A stretch of 64,000 nucleotides of DNA from Elusimicrobia bacterium GWA2_66_18 (lineage in GTDB: Bacteria > Elusimicrobiota > Elusimicrobia > UBA1565 > UBA9628): the NCBI GenBank assembly GCA_001799675.1, contig MGTX01000032.1, positions 42,405 through 106,404 on the forward strand. The letters run 5' to 3'. Shown piece after piece: positions 27,849 to 37,757 of the stretch; position 1 is the stretch's first letter; each line of letters opens with the position of its first letter. The notes under the pieces were generated by a model. That model worked only from the letters and a program-made list of their open reading frames with translations, was not told where the DNA came from and made no database searches. The translations under genes were made by a program, and so were the position numbers.

Positions 27849-27982
27849 ACATACGATCCTTCATGCCCTCGGCGCCCATTATCGCGGACGCGGCTTTGCT
27901 GTATCGCGCGGCTCTGGGGACTGAGGTCCTGGCGCTCTCCTTCGTGCGCTGATCAGCGCACGAAGGCGGCCTCGACTTTCTC

Positions 27983-29035
27983 CTAGCGGGCGGGCTTTTG
28001 GCTGCAGGCATCGGGCGAGATGGGGGCGACGATGGGCTCTCCGGTCTTGAGGTCGTAAATCCCGTACTTCTTGTCTAGCGGCCAAATCGCCAGACCGCCC
28101 TTGTCCGCGCCGACCACCACGGCGCCGCCCGCGCTCGAGCGCAGCGGCGCGGATTTGTAATCTGCCCCCAGGAGCGCCTCGATGTCGGGCCCGGCGACGT
28201 CGTCGTTGTCTATGGTCGTGCTGACGTCGTCGCAGACCTTGTTGCCTTTGACGCGGCTGCGCAGGACTTCCTGCCGTCCGGTCGCGAGATGCCACAGGCC
28301 GACGCTTTCGCCGCGTCCGCCGTACTCGCCGGGTATGCGAGAAAACAGGATGACGAGATAGTCTCCGACGCAGGCGACGCTTTCGGGCTGTCCCCCTCCC
28401 TTCCAATCGAACAATTCGGCCGTTTTTATTTTTTTGGACTCGGTCCAGCGCAAGTTGAGCGGCTCGGTGGCGCAGCCTTCTTCGCCGCATTCCTGCTTAA
28501 TCCGGCAGCCCGCGAAATCGGCTTTCCTTTCGATGAAAACCTCCCCGCCGGGCAGGGCGACGGTCTCGTATGTGCCGCAGCGGCGCGTGCCCGCGCCGGA
28601 AAGCATGCTTGGCTTGGGCAGCGCGAAGGCTTCGCTCGCTCCTTCAAGCCGGATTGGTTGCGAACTCAGCCTCCAGAATTCATCGGGGTCAAAACCAAGT
28701 ATTTTTTCCTGCTGCTTGTCATAAATCATGCATTGCGAGAGCATCTCGTCATTAGAAGGGCATTTGGCCCTGCAATCTGTGCACCGGGCGCTACACTCCT
28801 CATAGGAAGGTGAGGAGTGCGGGCAAGAGCATAGCTCCCGGCATCGCTCCCGGCATTGCTGCTGTCTTTGATCAGCGGGGCAGGTGGCGTAGCGCTCCAA
28901 GGCCTGGCGCATGGCCAGCAGGCGCGCGACCTCGGCGGAACCGATGCGACACGGCGCGGAAACCCGCGGCGCGGGAGAGGCGGACGCCAGGGACGCCAGA
29001 AACGCCAGGAAGAAAAACTGGGCTATGAATTGCAT
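27983..29035 (-). CDS. Secreted Cys-rich hypothetical protein
   Basis: Signal peptide; CRERCRELCSC...CSARCTDCRAKC. Confidence 0.75.
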   Translation of the reverse strand: MQFIAQFFFLAFLASLASASPAPRVSAPCRIGSAEVARLLAMRQALERYATCPADQRQQQCRERCRELCSCPHSSPSYEECSARCTDCRAKCPSNDEMLSQCMIYDKQQEKILGFDPDEFWRLSSQPIRLEGASEAFALPKPSMLSGAGTRRCGTYETVALPGGEVFIERKADFAGCRIKQECGEEGCATEPLNLRWTESKKIKTAELFDWKGGGQPESVACVGDYLVILFSRIPGEYGGRGESVGLWHLATGRQEVLRSRVKGNKVCDDVSTTIDNDDVAGPDIEALLGADYKSAPLRSSAGGAVVVGADKGGLAIWPLDKKYGIYDLKTGEPIVAPISPDACSQKPAR

Positions 29036-29066
29036 GTCGTCATTGTCCTATCGACTTCAAGAAAGT

Positions 29067-29390
29067 TTCGCCGTTTGTAACGGCTCAGGCCATTTGAGCA
29101 TTTCCTGAGCGCTCCGGTTCATATTTTTCGCTGAACTCCGACCCGCCTTCCTTCGGCCACATCTTACGTGAGTCTATTCGTAACTACTCAGGTACGGTCG
29201 CGCCTCATTTGAGTTCGCGTAGCCGCGTCCGGGAGGATGATCCTCCGGGCCCGGCGACCGCGCGCCGGCTCCCTCCGGATCATCCTCCCGGCCTACCTCT
29301 CAGCTCAATGGCGCGTGACCTCCGCCGATCTGTTGCGGTTATCCTCATCGGCTGATTGCCCACACAAGATTTAGCTGGACTCGCTGGCAC
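29067..29390 (-). mobile_element. Probable truncated group II intron 5' fragment (domain I-like)
   Basis: Begins GTGCCAGCG right after an integrase-like MSQLRDRM stub; long base-paired rod 29161..29370; no RT gene or domain V seen. Confidence 0.4.
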
Positions 29391-29414
29391 CATCCTGTCT
29401 CGCAACTGGCTCAT
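29391..29414 (-). pseudogene. 5' stub of a tyrosine recombinase-like gene
   Basis: AAGGAGG RBS plus MSQLRDRM, resembling the MxxLRxRM start of IS91-associated integrases; only 8 codons. Confidence 0.35.
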
Positions 29415-29528
29415 ACCGCCTCCTTGCTTCATGTAATTGGGCGCTCGCAGGAAGCACCCGGAGGCAAGTATAGAGGGCGGAAGTTGCCGGCGTGAGAAGA
29501 CCTGGCTACGAAGACGACGGGGCGGGAA

Positions 29529-29747
29529 TTACAGCGAAGGGGCTACTACCGCGAAGCGGTTTCGTTCAAGCGGCTTTGCGGAAGGAGGACGGGCATCCTT
29601 GCTTCGGACGGGAGATGAGGACTCCCCCCAGGATTCACAGGCGCGGCAACCACGCTGCGTGCCGAAGCCGGGGGAGATTCGGATGCGATCAAGCCGCAAA
29701 CCGCAACGCGGACAAAGGTCGTCCGAGCGGTGCGCGAGCCCGCTCAT
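29529..29747 (-). CDS. Small zinc-ribbon protein
   Basis: CPRC...CRAC; ATGA overlap with the upstream gene. Confidence 0.5.
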   Translation of the reverse strand: MSGLAHRSDDLCPRCGLRLDRIRISPGFGTQRGCRACESWGESSSPVRSKDARPPSAKPLERNRFAVVAPSL

Positions 29748-30202
29748 GCGAGCCCCATGGCAAACAGAGCATCCCGCACAGACGTCGCATTCTTCAAGCG
29801 GTAGACGACCTTGCCGTCCTCCAAAGCGCGTCGCGCCCAACTCGGAAGAACCGTGTTTCCCGTCCGCAGCGGCGTCAGGTAGACGAAGATCACCTGGAGA
29901 GGCTCGTGCCCGGGAGGCGCTCCCCTCAGGCAATGCCGCCAGACTCCGAGAGCCGGGCGACCCTCGCGCAATCCAGAAACCGGAGCGATCAGGACCGAGA
30001 CTCCTTGCCTTGCACCGGGCCCGCTCGCGGCGAGCCGCGCGGCCAGATCGTCGGAGATCGCAGGGGCCTTCGCGACGATCTCTCCCGCTCCATGCAGCGC
30101 CTTGACCACGAGTATGCGCAAAGCGTCGAGCGCGTCGGGCGAGTCGTGCCCCACGACGACGGACAGCGTCAGGGCTCCCGCCGCACACGCGCTCTCCATC
30201 AC
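29744..30202 (-). CDS. Hypothetical protein
   Basis: GTGA overlap with the upstream gene; globular composition. Confidence 0.55.
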   Translation of the reverse strand: MMESACAAGALTLSVVVGHDSPDALDALRILVVKALHGAGEIVAKAPAISDDLAARLAASGPGARQGVSVLIAPVSGLREGRPALGVWRHCLRGAPPGHEPLQVIFVYLTPLRTGNTVLPSWARRALEDGKVVYRLKNATSVRDALFAMGLA

Positions 30203-30444
30203 GACTCCCCCTTGCCGGCGCGGGCTTCCCCGGGCCGCGTCAAAAGCAGCTGAAGGGCTCTCCTTAGAACCTCGGCAGACGTATAGCCGATCCGTCGCCG
30301 CTGCGACGGAAGTCCCGCCAGATCTTCCAATTGGGCGAGGGACGCGCTACAGACACCGGGAATGCCCAGAATCTCCCTCTGCGTGAGGACGATGGATCCA
30401 TCGTCCTTGATCTTCGCCACGCGGGCCAAGAAGCCTCGCTTCAT
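30199..30444 (-). CDS. Small putative DNA-binding (excisionase/MerR-like HTH) protein
   Basis: GGAGGT RBS; LTQREILGIPGVCSASLAQLEDLAGLPSQR..GY pattern. Confidence 0.5.
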   Translation of the reverse strand: MKRGFLARVAKIKDDGSIVLTQREILGIPGVCSASLAQLEDLAGLPSQRRRIGYTSAEVLRRALQLLLTRPGEARAGKGES

Positions 30445-30958
30445 GGACACACCTCCGTTTGCTGCTTCGATCTCCCCGCTAAAGGGCGCGCGGCGATCTC
30501 GGCCAAAGCGACGATGCGCTCCATGCAACTGCGCGTCCCAACGGCATGTTCGTAGGCGCTTTCGGCCGACTCCCGAAAGGGGGACTGATTCGGCTGAATC
30601 GGTCGACTTGGCGTTTCCAATCGGCCAAAACCGGCGATTCGCCGATTTGGCTTTTCTATTGACTGTTACACGGATGTGAGACCTCCAGATCGGCGAGCAA
30701 GGCCACACCGTCGTGGCCGCGATCATAAGGCACACGCCGGGCGCCATGTCATGGAACAATCTGGCGGGCTGGATCGTATGAAGGTGTGCCCCCCTCGCCT
30801 GTCGGCTCATCCTATCGCCCGCGCGACGCCGCCGCCAGTCCTCTCTACCGGGTGGTCCTCGCCTCGCTGGAGACTTATCTCGCCGAGCGCTTCCGACAAC
30901 GCGACACCCTGGCCCATCCCTGCGCCGAGTCCTACTCCGGCGCGCGGAAAAACCGGCC

Positions 30959-30988
30959 TTGACGAAGATCGGGGATAGGGGCTATCCT
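30959..30988 (+). promoter_or_regulatory. Orphan sigma70-like promoter facing the rlmD 3' end
   Basis: TTGACG-18 nt-TATCCT, with an ATG 6 nt downstream at 30995. Confidence 0.4.
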
Positions 30989-31022
30989 GCGCCCATGAAG
31001 GTTGCCGCCGGCAGAAGTGGGC

Positions 31023-32405
31023 TTAAGACCTATCCATCAGGGCGACCAACTCGACGTGAGAGGTCTGGGGGAAGAGGTCGATGGGGGTCACTTTCTTGAG
31101 GGTGTAGCCGGAGTGCGCCAGGAAGCCGGCGTCTCGGGCGAAAGTGGCGGGGTCGCAGGAGACGTAGACCAAGCGCTTGAGCTTGCGGTCGGTGAGGAAG
31201 CGGCGCACGGGCTGGGAGAGGCCGACGCGGGGCGGGTCGACGATCGCGGCGCTGCCGTCGGCAAGCTCCGATGAGAGCTTCGGCAGGACCGCCTCGGCGC
31301 GTCCGGCCTTGAAGCGGCAGTTCTTGACGGCGTTGCGCTCCGCGTTGCGGTAGGCGTCGCCGACGGCTTCCCGGTTCTCCTCGACGCCGATGATCCGGGG
31401 GAAACAGTCCGCCAGCCAGAGGGTCAGCGTGCCCACGCCGCAATACAGGTCCAGGCCCAGGGGGAAGCGGCGGCCCGACTCGCGAACGGCGGCCTTGGCC
31501 TCGTCATAGAGGACCTCGGCGGCGGGAGTGTTGACTTGGAGGAAGGCCCCGGGAGAGATCGTGAATTGGAAGCGGCCCAAGGTCTCCGTCATCTCCCGCG
31601 CGCCCCAGAGACGGCGCCACTCGGGGCCCAGGACCACCGAGGTGCGCTCCGGCTGGAAGTTGAGGTGGAGGCCGATCATCTCGGGGTGCTGGGCGCGCAG
31701 CTCGGCCGCGAAGGCCTCGCGGTCGGCGAATTCCGGGCGCGAGACCACCAGGCCGACGAGGGCCTGGTTCTCGGCGTTGGTGCGGATGAAGAGGTGACGC
31801 AGCCAGCCCTTGCCGGTCCTGCCGTCGTAGAAGGACCAGCCGCGGGCCGCGGCCATCTTCTTGACCGTGAGCGCCAAGCGCACCGAGAGGTCGGGCTGGA
31901 TGGGGCACTCGCGCATCTCGACGATCTCGCGGGAGCCCGCCGCGAAGAAGCCCATGCGGGGGCCGGGGGCGAAGGGGATCTGGACCTTGTTGCGGTAGCC
32001 CCAGGGATGGGGCGCGGCCTTGGTCGGCCCCGTGAGCTTCTCTCCATCCGGGAACTTGCCGATGCGCCGCAGGCAGTCGAGGATGATGCCGCGCTTGTGC
32101 TTGAGCTGGGCGTCGTAGTTCAGGTGCTGCCAGTCGCAGCCCCCGCAGGCCGGCCCGGGGCGGGAGGGCGCGGCGTGGTGCGGGCAGGGCGGGTCTTGGC
32201 GCTCCGGGCCCGAGGAGAGGACGCGCTTGATCCGGGCGCGGGCGAAGCTCGACTTGGCCTCGAAGACCTCGACTTCCAAGAGGTCTCCGGGAGCGGCGTG
32301 AGGCACGAAGACCACGCGCTTCGAGTCCTCGGTCCGGGCGATGGCATCTCCCGTAGGGGCCATGCTCTCCACTTGCACCGTCAGGATCTCGCGCGTCTCG
32401 TTCAC
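31023..32405 (-). CDS. rlmD: 23S rRNA (uracil(1939)-C5)-methyltransferase
   Basis: TRAM N-terminus, CGGCDWQH Fe-S motif, FLQVN, DLYCGVG, VDPPR, YVSCDPAT, DLFPQTSHVE. Confidence 0.93.
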   Translation of the reverse strand: MNETREILTVQVESMAPTGDAIARTEDSKRVVFVPHAAPGDLLEVEVFEAKSSFARARIKRVLSSGPERQDPPCPHHAAPSRPGPACGGCDWQHLNYDAQLKHKRGIILDCLRRIGKFPDGEKLTGPTKAAPHPWGYRNKVQIPFAPGPRMGFFAAGSREIVEMRECPIQPDLSVRLALTVKKMAAARGWSFYDGRTGKGWLRHLFIRTNAENQALVGLVVSRPEFADREAFAAELRAQHPEMIGLHLNFQPERTSVVLGPEWRRLWGAREMTETLGRFQFTISPGAFLQVNTPAAEVLYDEAKAAVRESGRRFPLGLDLYCGVGTLTLWLADCFPRIIGVEENREAVGDAYRNAERNAVKNCRFKAGRAEAVLPKLSSELADGSAAIVDPPRVGLSQPVRRFLTDRKLKRLVYVSCDPATFARDAGFLAHSGYTLKKVTPIDLFPQTSHVELVALMDRS

Positions 32406-32438
32406 CGAGGCATCGTACCAATTTTATAGAATACTTGA

Positions 32439-33269
32439 ATGGAGCCATATGCGCGCCTCCTGCTGGCCGCCGCCCTGATCGGGGCCTGCGTGCCTTATCC
32501 CGGCGAGCTCCCGGACGACGGGCGGGGGCGATCCTACACCGGGATCGTGGAGGGGGCCTATCCCGGGCTCGACGCGGGCTACAACGAGATCCAGGCCCTG
32601 CACTTCGCGGTGAAGGCCTACGGCGTGGACGCCGTGCGCTCGGCCGCGGACCGGGCCGAGGAGGCCTACAACCGCATCATGACGGACACGGGCCTTTACT
32701 CCTTCAAGCCGCGCGGCCTCTACCAGTGCGTCGTTTACGGCACGCAGGACGAGTACCGCAAGAAGACGGGTCAGCCCGACTGGTCGGCCGGGGTCGCCGT
32801 GGGCAACGCGCTCTACACCTTTCTCTCGCCGAAACTGGAGGGGGTTCTCTCGCATGAAATGACCCACCTTATCTGGTTTGAGTTTATGGGAGGCCGTTTG
32901 GTCCAGGAGCAGCGCTGGGTCAACGAGGGCTTGGCGGTCTACGAGGAGTCGAAGGCCCTGGACCCGCAGGGCCGCTCCGAGCGCTTTTCCTCCCTACACC
33001 AGCTCCTGCGTTCCCAGCCCATCCCCATGGAGCAGATGATGCGCCTCGTCCCGGCGACCGAACGTGCCTACGACGTCAGCCTCTGGTACGCGCAGGCCGA
33101 GTCCATGGTCCGCTTCATGATCCAGCGCGGCGGACGCATCGGCTTCTCCCAGTTCCTACTGGCCCTGCGCGACGGCAAGGACTTCGACCGAGCGACGGCC
33201 GAGGGCTTTCCCGGGCAGTGGCGCGCGCTGGCGGATTTCGAGATGGAATGGCGCCGGAGCCTGCAGTGA
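32439..33269 (+). CDS. Peptidase MA-like lipoprotein
   Basis: Lipobox LIGAC; SHEMTH and WVNEGLA gluzincin motifs. Confidence 0.8.
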   Translation: MEPYARLLLAAALIGACVPYPGELPDDGRGRSYTGIVEGAYPGLDAGYNEIQALHFAVKAYGVDAVRSAADRAEEAYNRIMTDTGLYSFKPRGLYQCVVYGTQDEYRKKTGQPDWSAGVAVGNALYTFLSPKLEGVLSHEMTHLIWFEFMGGRLVQEQRWVNEGLAVYEESKALDPQGRSERFSSLHQLLRSQPIPMEQMMRLVPATERAYDVSLWYAQAESMVRFMIQRGGRIGFSQFLLALRDGKDFDRATAEGFPGQWRALADFEMEWRRSLQ

Positions 33270-35491
33270 GCCGGACGGCGAAGTCCGCGCCCGGCGCGTC
33301 TCGCCGCGTCGTCCTGCCCGTGAGGGGGATGCACTGCGCCTCGTGCGTGGACAAGGTGGAGGCCGCGCTCAACCGGCTCGAGGGCGTGGGGCGAGTCAGC
33401 GTGGACCTGCCTTCCCGCACCGTGGCCGTGGACTTCGTCCCCGTCCCGGGCAAGCTCGAGGTCCGCACTCTGCGCCGCGCCGTGGAGAAGGCGGGCTACG
33501 ACGTCCTGGGCGAGAGCGAGAGCCGCTCCCAGGCGGAATCCATCAGCCTGCTCTCCCAGCAGGAGGAGCAGCGCGTCCTCATGACGCGCCTGCAGGTCGC
33601 TCTGGTATTCTCCGTGCCGCTGATGCTGGCCCACTGGCTGAACCTGTCTCCGTACACGGCCCTGCTGCTTGCCGTTCCCGTCCAGGTCTGGGGCGGCAAG
33701 CACTTCCACCAGGGGCTCTCCCGCGCGCTCCTGCGCCGCCGCGCGGACATGGACGCCTTGGTCTCCCTGTCGACCTGGTCGGCGTTTCTCTACAGCGCCT
33801 ATGTGGTGTTCCTTCCCGAAACGCTGCCGCCGGCCGCGCGCCAGACCCAGTGGGACGCGGTCAGCGGCCTGATCGTTTTCGTGACCCTGGGTCGCTGGCT
33901 CGAGTCCCAGACCCGCGGCAAGACCAACGAGGCGGTCGTCAAGCTCATGCGCATGGCCCCCAAGACCGCGCGCGTGGTCCGAGACGGCGCCGAATTCACC
34001 GTGCCGCTGGCCGAGGTGTCGGTCGCGGAACTCGTGCGCGTGCGCCCGGGCGAGCAGATCGGCATCGACGGCGAGGTCGTCTCGGGCCGTTCCACGGTCG
34101 ACGAGGCCTTGCTGACCGGTGAGAGCCTGCCCGTCGAGAAATCCCCAGGCACGCGCGTTTGGGGAGGCACGCTCAACAAGAACGGCGCCCTGGAGATCCG
34201 CGTCTCGCGGCCCGGCGACGAATCGGCGCTTTCTCGCATCGTCGAGGCCGTGCGCGAAAGCCAGGCGACCAAGCCCAAGATCCAGCGCTACGTGGACAAG
34301 GTCGCGGCTTGGTTCGTGCCGGCCGTGCTCGTCTTGTCCTCGCTCGCGGCGGCCGCCTGGCTGAACTGGGGCCCGGAGCCCCGCTTCCTTTTCGCCATGA
34401 CCTGCTTCGTCTCGGTCCTGGCCTGCGCCTGCCCCTGCGCGCTCGGCCTGGCCACGCCGCTGGCGGTGGTGGCGGGAATAGGCCGCGCCGCGGAGATGGG
34501 CGTGTTCATCCGCAACGCGGAGATCCTGGAGGAACTCGGCACGCTCGACGTGGTCCTCTTCGATAAGACCGGCACCCTCACCCTCGGCCGGCCCCAGGTC
34601 GCGGGCTCCATCGTCCTGCGCGGCACGGAGGACGAGATGCTGGCCTGGGCCGCCGCCTGCGAGGAACGCTCCGAGCACCCCTTCGCGGCCGCGATCCGCG
34701 CGCTCGCCAAGGAGCGCCGCGCCCCGATCTCGGGCGTGGACTCATTCGAGGCCCTCCCCGGGCGCGGGGTCATCGTGCGCTCGGGCGGCCGGACCGTCCG
34801 CGCGGGGAGCCTGCCTTGGCTCAAGGAGGAAGGCGTGTCGATCCCGCAGGACGACGCGACCCGCTTCTCCGAGGAGGGTTCGCTCTTGGGCGTGGCCCTG
34901 GACGGCGAGATCCTCGGCGCGTTCCGCATGGAGGATCAGGTGCGCCCCTCCGCGCGCGCCGCGGTCGACGCGCTCAAGGCCCTGGGGCTCGAGGTGTACC
35001 TGGTCTCCGGCGACCGCAACGCGGCGGCCTACCGGGTCGCCGAGCAGGTCGGCATCGGCACCGTATTCGCGGAGGTCCGCCCGGAGGAGAAGGCGGACAT
35101 CGTGCGGCGCTTCCAGTCGGAGGGCAAGAAGGTGGCCATGATCGGGGAGGGATTCAACGACGCGCCGGCTTTGTCCCACGCGGACGTCGGCATCGCGCTG
35201 GCCAGCGGCACCGACGTCGCCATCGAGTCCGCGGACCTGACCCTCATGAACCCGGACCTCACCTCCCTGGGCCGGGCCATGCGCCTGAGCCGGCGCATCC
35301 GCCTCGTCATCCGCCAGAACCTGGCCTGGGCTTTCGCCTACAACCTCCTGCTCATCCCCGTCGCGGCAGGCGCGCTGTACCCGCGCTGGGGAGTCCTCCT
35401 TCGCCCCGAGTTCGCGGGCGCGGCGATGGCGCTGAGTTCGATTTCCGTCGCCTTAAATTCCCTGAGACTGAGGAGAAAGGATGCCCTCTAG
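33266..35491 (+). CDS. copA: Copper-translocating P1B-type ATPase
   Basis: GMHCASC HMA domain, TGES, CPCALG, DKTGT, SEHP, YN, MALSS; hinge reads GEGFND. Confidence 0.92.
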   Translation: MSRTAKSAPGASRRVVLPVRGMHCASCVDKVEAALNRLEGVGRVSVDLPSRTVAVDFVPVPGKLEVRTLRRAVEKAGYDVLGESESRSQAESISLLSQQEEQRVLMTRLQVALVFSVPLMLAHWLNLSPYTALLLAVPVQVWGGKHFHQGLSRALLRRRADMDALVSLSTWSAFLYSAYVVFLPETLPPAARQTQWDAVSGLIVFVTLGRWLESQTRGKTNEAVVKLMRMAPKTARVVRDGAEFTVPLAEVSVAELVRVRPGEQIGIDGEVVSGRSTVDEALLTGESLPVEKSPGTRVWGGTLNKNGALEIRVSRPGDESALSRIVEAVRESQATKPKIQRYVDKVAAWFVPAVLVLSSLAAAAWLNWGPEPRFLFAMTCFVSVLACACPCALGLATPLAVVAGIGRAAEMGVFIRNAEILEELGTLDVVLFDKTGTLTLGRPQVAGSIVLRGTEDEMLAWAAACEERSEHPFAAAIRALAKERRAPISGVDSFEALPGRGVIVRSGGRTVRAGSLPWLKEEGVSIPQDDATRFSEEGSLLGVALDGEILGAFRMEDQVRPSARAAVDALKALGLEVYLVSGDRNAAAYRVAEQVGIGTVFAEVRPEEKADIVRRFQSEGKKVAMIGEGFNDAPALSHADVGIALASGTDVAIESADLTLMNPDLTSLGRAMRLSRRIRLVIRQNLAWAFAYNLLLIPVAAGALYPRWGVLLRPEFAGAAMALSSISVALNSLRLRRKDAL

Positions 35492-35906
35492 CAAGAAACA
35501 GCCCCTGATCTACGGCTACAACCCCGACCTGGCCCTCTCCGGCGCGGACGCGCCCCTGCCTGCCATCGAGACCTGGCCCAACCAGTACCGGGGCTACGAG
35601 ATCAAGATCGAGGTCCCCGAGTTCACCTCGGTCTGTCCGAAGACGAAGCTCCCCGATTTCGGCGTCATCACCGTGCGATACCTGCCGGACAAGGAGTGCC
35701 TGGAGCTCAAGAGTTTCAAATATTACGTCCTCGGCTACCGCAACATGGGCATCTTCTACGAGAACGCGGTCAACCGCATCCTCGACGACGTCGCCGCGGC
35801 GACCAAGCCCGTCTGGTGCGAGGTCGTCGGGGCGTTCACCTCGCGCGGCGGCATGCGCTCGACCGTCACCGCGCGCCACCCGCGCCGGGCCTTCCCGCCG
35901 CGTTGA
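35481..35906 (+). CDS. queF: NADPH-dependent 7-cyano-7-deazaguanine reductase (type I)
   Basis: [25 protein letters not shown]. Confidence 0.93.
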   Translation: MPSSKKQPLIYGYNPDLALSGADAPLPAIETWPNQYRGYEIKIEVPEFTSVCPKTKLPDFGVITVRYLPDKECLELKSFKYYVLGYRNMGIFYENAVNRILDDVAAATKPVWCEVVGAFTSRGGMRSTVTARHPRRAFPPR

Positions 35907-37591
35907 AGAGGCTCCTGCCGATCGGCCTCATCGCGATCGGGGCCGTCCTGCTCCTGTGGAACCTGGGCCGGCCCGCTCTCTGGGAGGACGAGGCGGAAAC
36001 GGCCTTGCGCGCGGAGTCGATCCTTGAGACGGGCCTTCCGCGCACGAGCCTGCGCGGCGTGCTCGTCACGGTCCAGCCGTCCTTGGCCGCGCACGAGGGC
36101 AAACCCTCCGGCGTCTGGACTTGGAATACCTGGCTGCCGGCCTATCTCGTCGCCGCTTCTTTCGCCGTTCTCGGGCGCACGCCGTTTGCCGCCCGGTTGC
36201 CGTTCGCTTTGTCGGGAATCCTCACCCTGTGGTTGTCTTGGCGTCTGTTCTGCGGCGGCGAGGACGATGAACTCGTCGAGCGCCGCGCGCACTCCGCCGA
36301 GGCCGCTCTCGCCCTGCTCGCTCTTTCGCCCGCCTTCCTGCTTTTCTGCCGTCAATCCCGCTACTACGCCCTGGTGGCGCTCGGCGCCGTCCTGGTCTTC
36401 CATGCGTGGCGCCGTCTTCTCGCCGGGAAACCATGGGGCGCTCTGGCGCTGGCGCTCTCGCTCCAATGCCTGCTGCACGCCTCCTTCGCCTTCTTCGCGT
36501 GCGCGTGCCTGACCCTGGCGCTCGACGCCGCCCTGCGCCTCGACGAATGTCCGCGCGCCGGCCGTTTCTGGGTCGCGGCCGCTCTCTCCCTCGCCTTTGC
36601 CGCCCCGACCGCCTGGTATTTCCGGATCTGGGACCGGCCGGGTAATCACGCCTATGGTTTCATCGAGTCGTTGGAATTTTTGAAGACTTTCCTTTTATGG
36701 CTGGCGGCTTTCGTCGTGCCTCTGGCGCTGGTCGCCGCCGTCTTCGCCCGCCGGTGGATGGCCGTCGCCGCGGGATTCGCGCTTCTGTGCGGTCTCGTCG
36801 CCGAGGGCCCGTGGTCGCGTCTCTGCGCGGCGCTCGTCTGGGCGGCTCTCCTTATCGCCGGAGCGCGCCTGCCCGCGCCTTACGGCGTGATGAACCTGAG
36901 CCGTCTCTGTCTCTTGGCTCTCGTCGCCACGCTGGCGATCCTCTCCTGGACCGCGGCCGAACCGTACGGCCGTTATCTCGCCGGACTCCTCCCAGCGCTT
37001 GCCTACCTCGTCGCGCGCGGCTTCTCTTCTCTCGCCTGCGGCCGCGCTCCGATCGTGGCTGGGATCATCGCCGCCGCCGCGGGGGGAAATCTCTTCTTCG
37101 TCGGCCCGCTCAAGGCCGCGCAAGCCTTGTCGGCGCCAGCCGCCGCGGCGGAGTCGGTCTCGGGCATGATGCGCAGGCGTCTTCGCGACCTGCCTGCGCG
37201 CGCGGACCTGGGTCTTTTCGCAGCGGAGGTCTTTCGCGGCCCGCAGGGCTATATCGAGGCGGCGGCCGCGGCCCTGAAGTCGGGGGGGGAGACTTTCTTC
37301 TCCGACGAGGACGCCCTCTCGCTGATGTTTGCAACTCGCCTGCGGCCCGTCTATCCCGACGAGTTCAAGACCGTCGAGCCGGACTGGCTGATGCCTTCCC
37401 CCTGGATCCGGCTCTCCGTCGAGGAGGACGCGCGCGTGCGCGAGCTTCTCGCTTCCGGCCGTTACGAGCCGGCCGCGATGGACGCGCCGCGGTTGCTGTG
37501 GCAGAACAACCCCGACCCCCTCTTCCATGATTTCTCCGCGCGCCGAGGCCTCCTGCCTCTTTTCCGCCGACGTTCGCCGCGATCAAATTGA
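35903..37591 (+). CDS. GT-C fold (ArnT/PMT-like) membrane glycosyltransferase
   Basis: LWEDEA, ARLPFAL, RQSRYY; many TMs; TTG start overlapping the queF stop. Confidence 0.8.
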   Translation: MKRLLPIGLIAIGAVLLLWNLGRPALWEDEAETALRAESILETGLPRTSLRGVLVTVQPSLAAHEGKPSGVWTWNTWLPAYLVAASFAVLGRTPFAARLPFALSGILTLWLSWRLFCGGEDDELVERRAHSAEAALALLALSPAFLLFCRQSRYYALVALGAVLVFHAWRRLLAGKPWGALALALSLQCLLHASFAFFACACLTLALDAALRLDECPRAGRFWVAAALSLAFAAPTAWYFRIWDRPGNHAYGFIESLEFLKTFLLWLAAFVVPLALVAAVFARRWMAVAAGFALLCGLVAEGPWSRLCAALVWAALLIAGARLPAPYGVMNLSRLCLLALVATLAILSWTAAEPYGRYLAGLLPALAYLVARGFSSLACGRAPIVAGIIAAAAGGNLFFVGPLKAAQALSAPAAAAESVSGMMRRRLRDLPARADLGLFAAEVFRGPQGYIEAAAAALKSGGETFFSDEDALSLMFATRLRPVYPDEFKTVEPDWLMPSPWIRLSVEEDARVRELLASGRYEPAAMDAPRLLWQNNPDPLFHDFSARRGLLPLFRRRSPRSN

Positions 37592-37652
37592 TTGACTGTC
37601 TCAGACATGGTAATATCAATCGCGTCATCTTGTTCTTTTCCGTTCGTTTCGT

Positions 37653-37727
37653 GCCCAGTTGGCGCAGTGGTAGCGCGTTCCCTTGACATGGGAAAGGTCA
37701 TAGGTTCAAATCCTATACTGGGCACCA
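37653..37727 (+). tRNA. tRNA-Val (GAC)
   Basis: GCCCAGT/ACTGGGC acceptor, TTCCC-TTGACAT-GGGAA anticodon arm, GTTCAAATC, encoded CCA. Confidence 0.96.
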
Positions 37728-37757
37728 CTTTTTTTCTCTTCAGAGGAGACGCCGGAA

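Noticed and set aside
29178-29338. attC site (AAC...GTT flanking the long hairpin)
   Set aside because: Longer than typical attC, L boxes do not pair in the canonical way, and there is no cassette array or integron integrase
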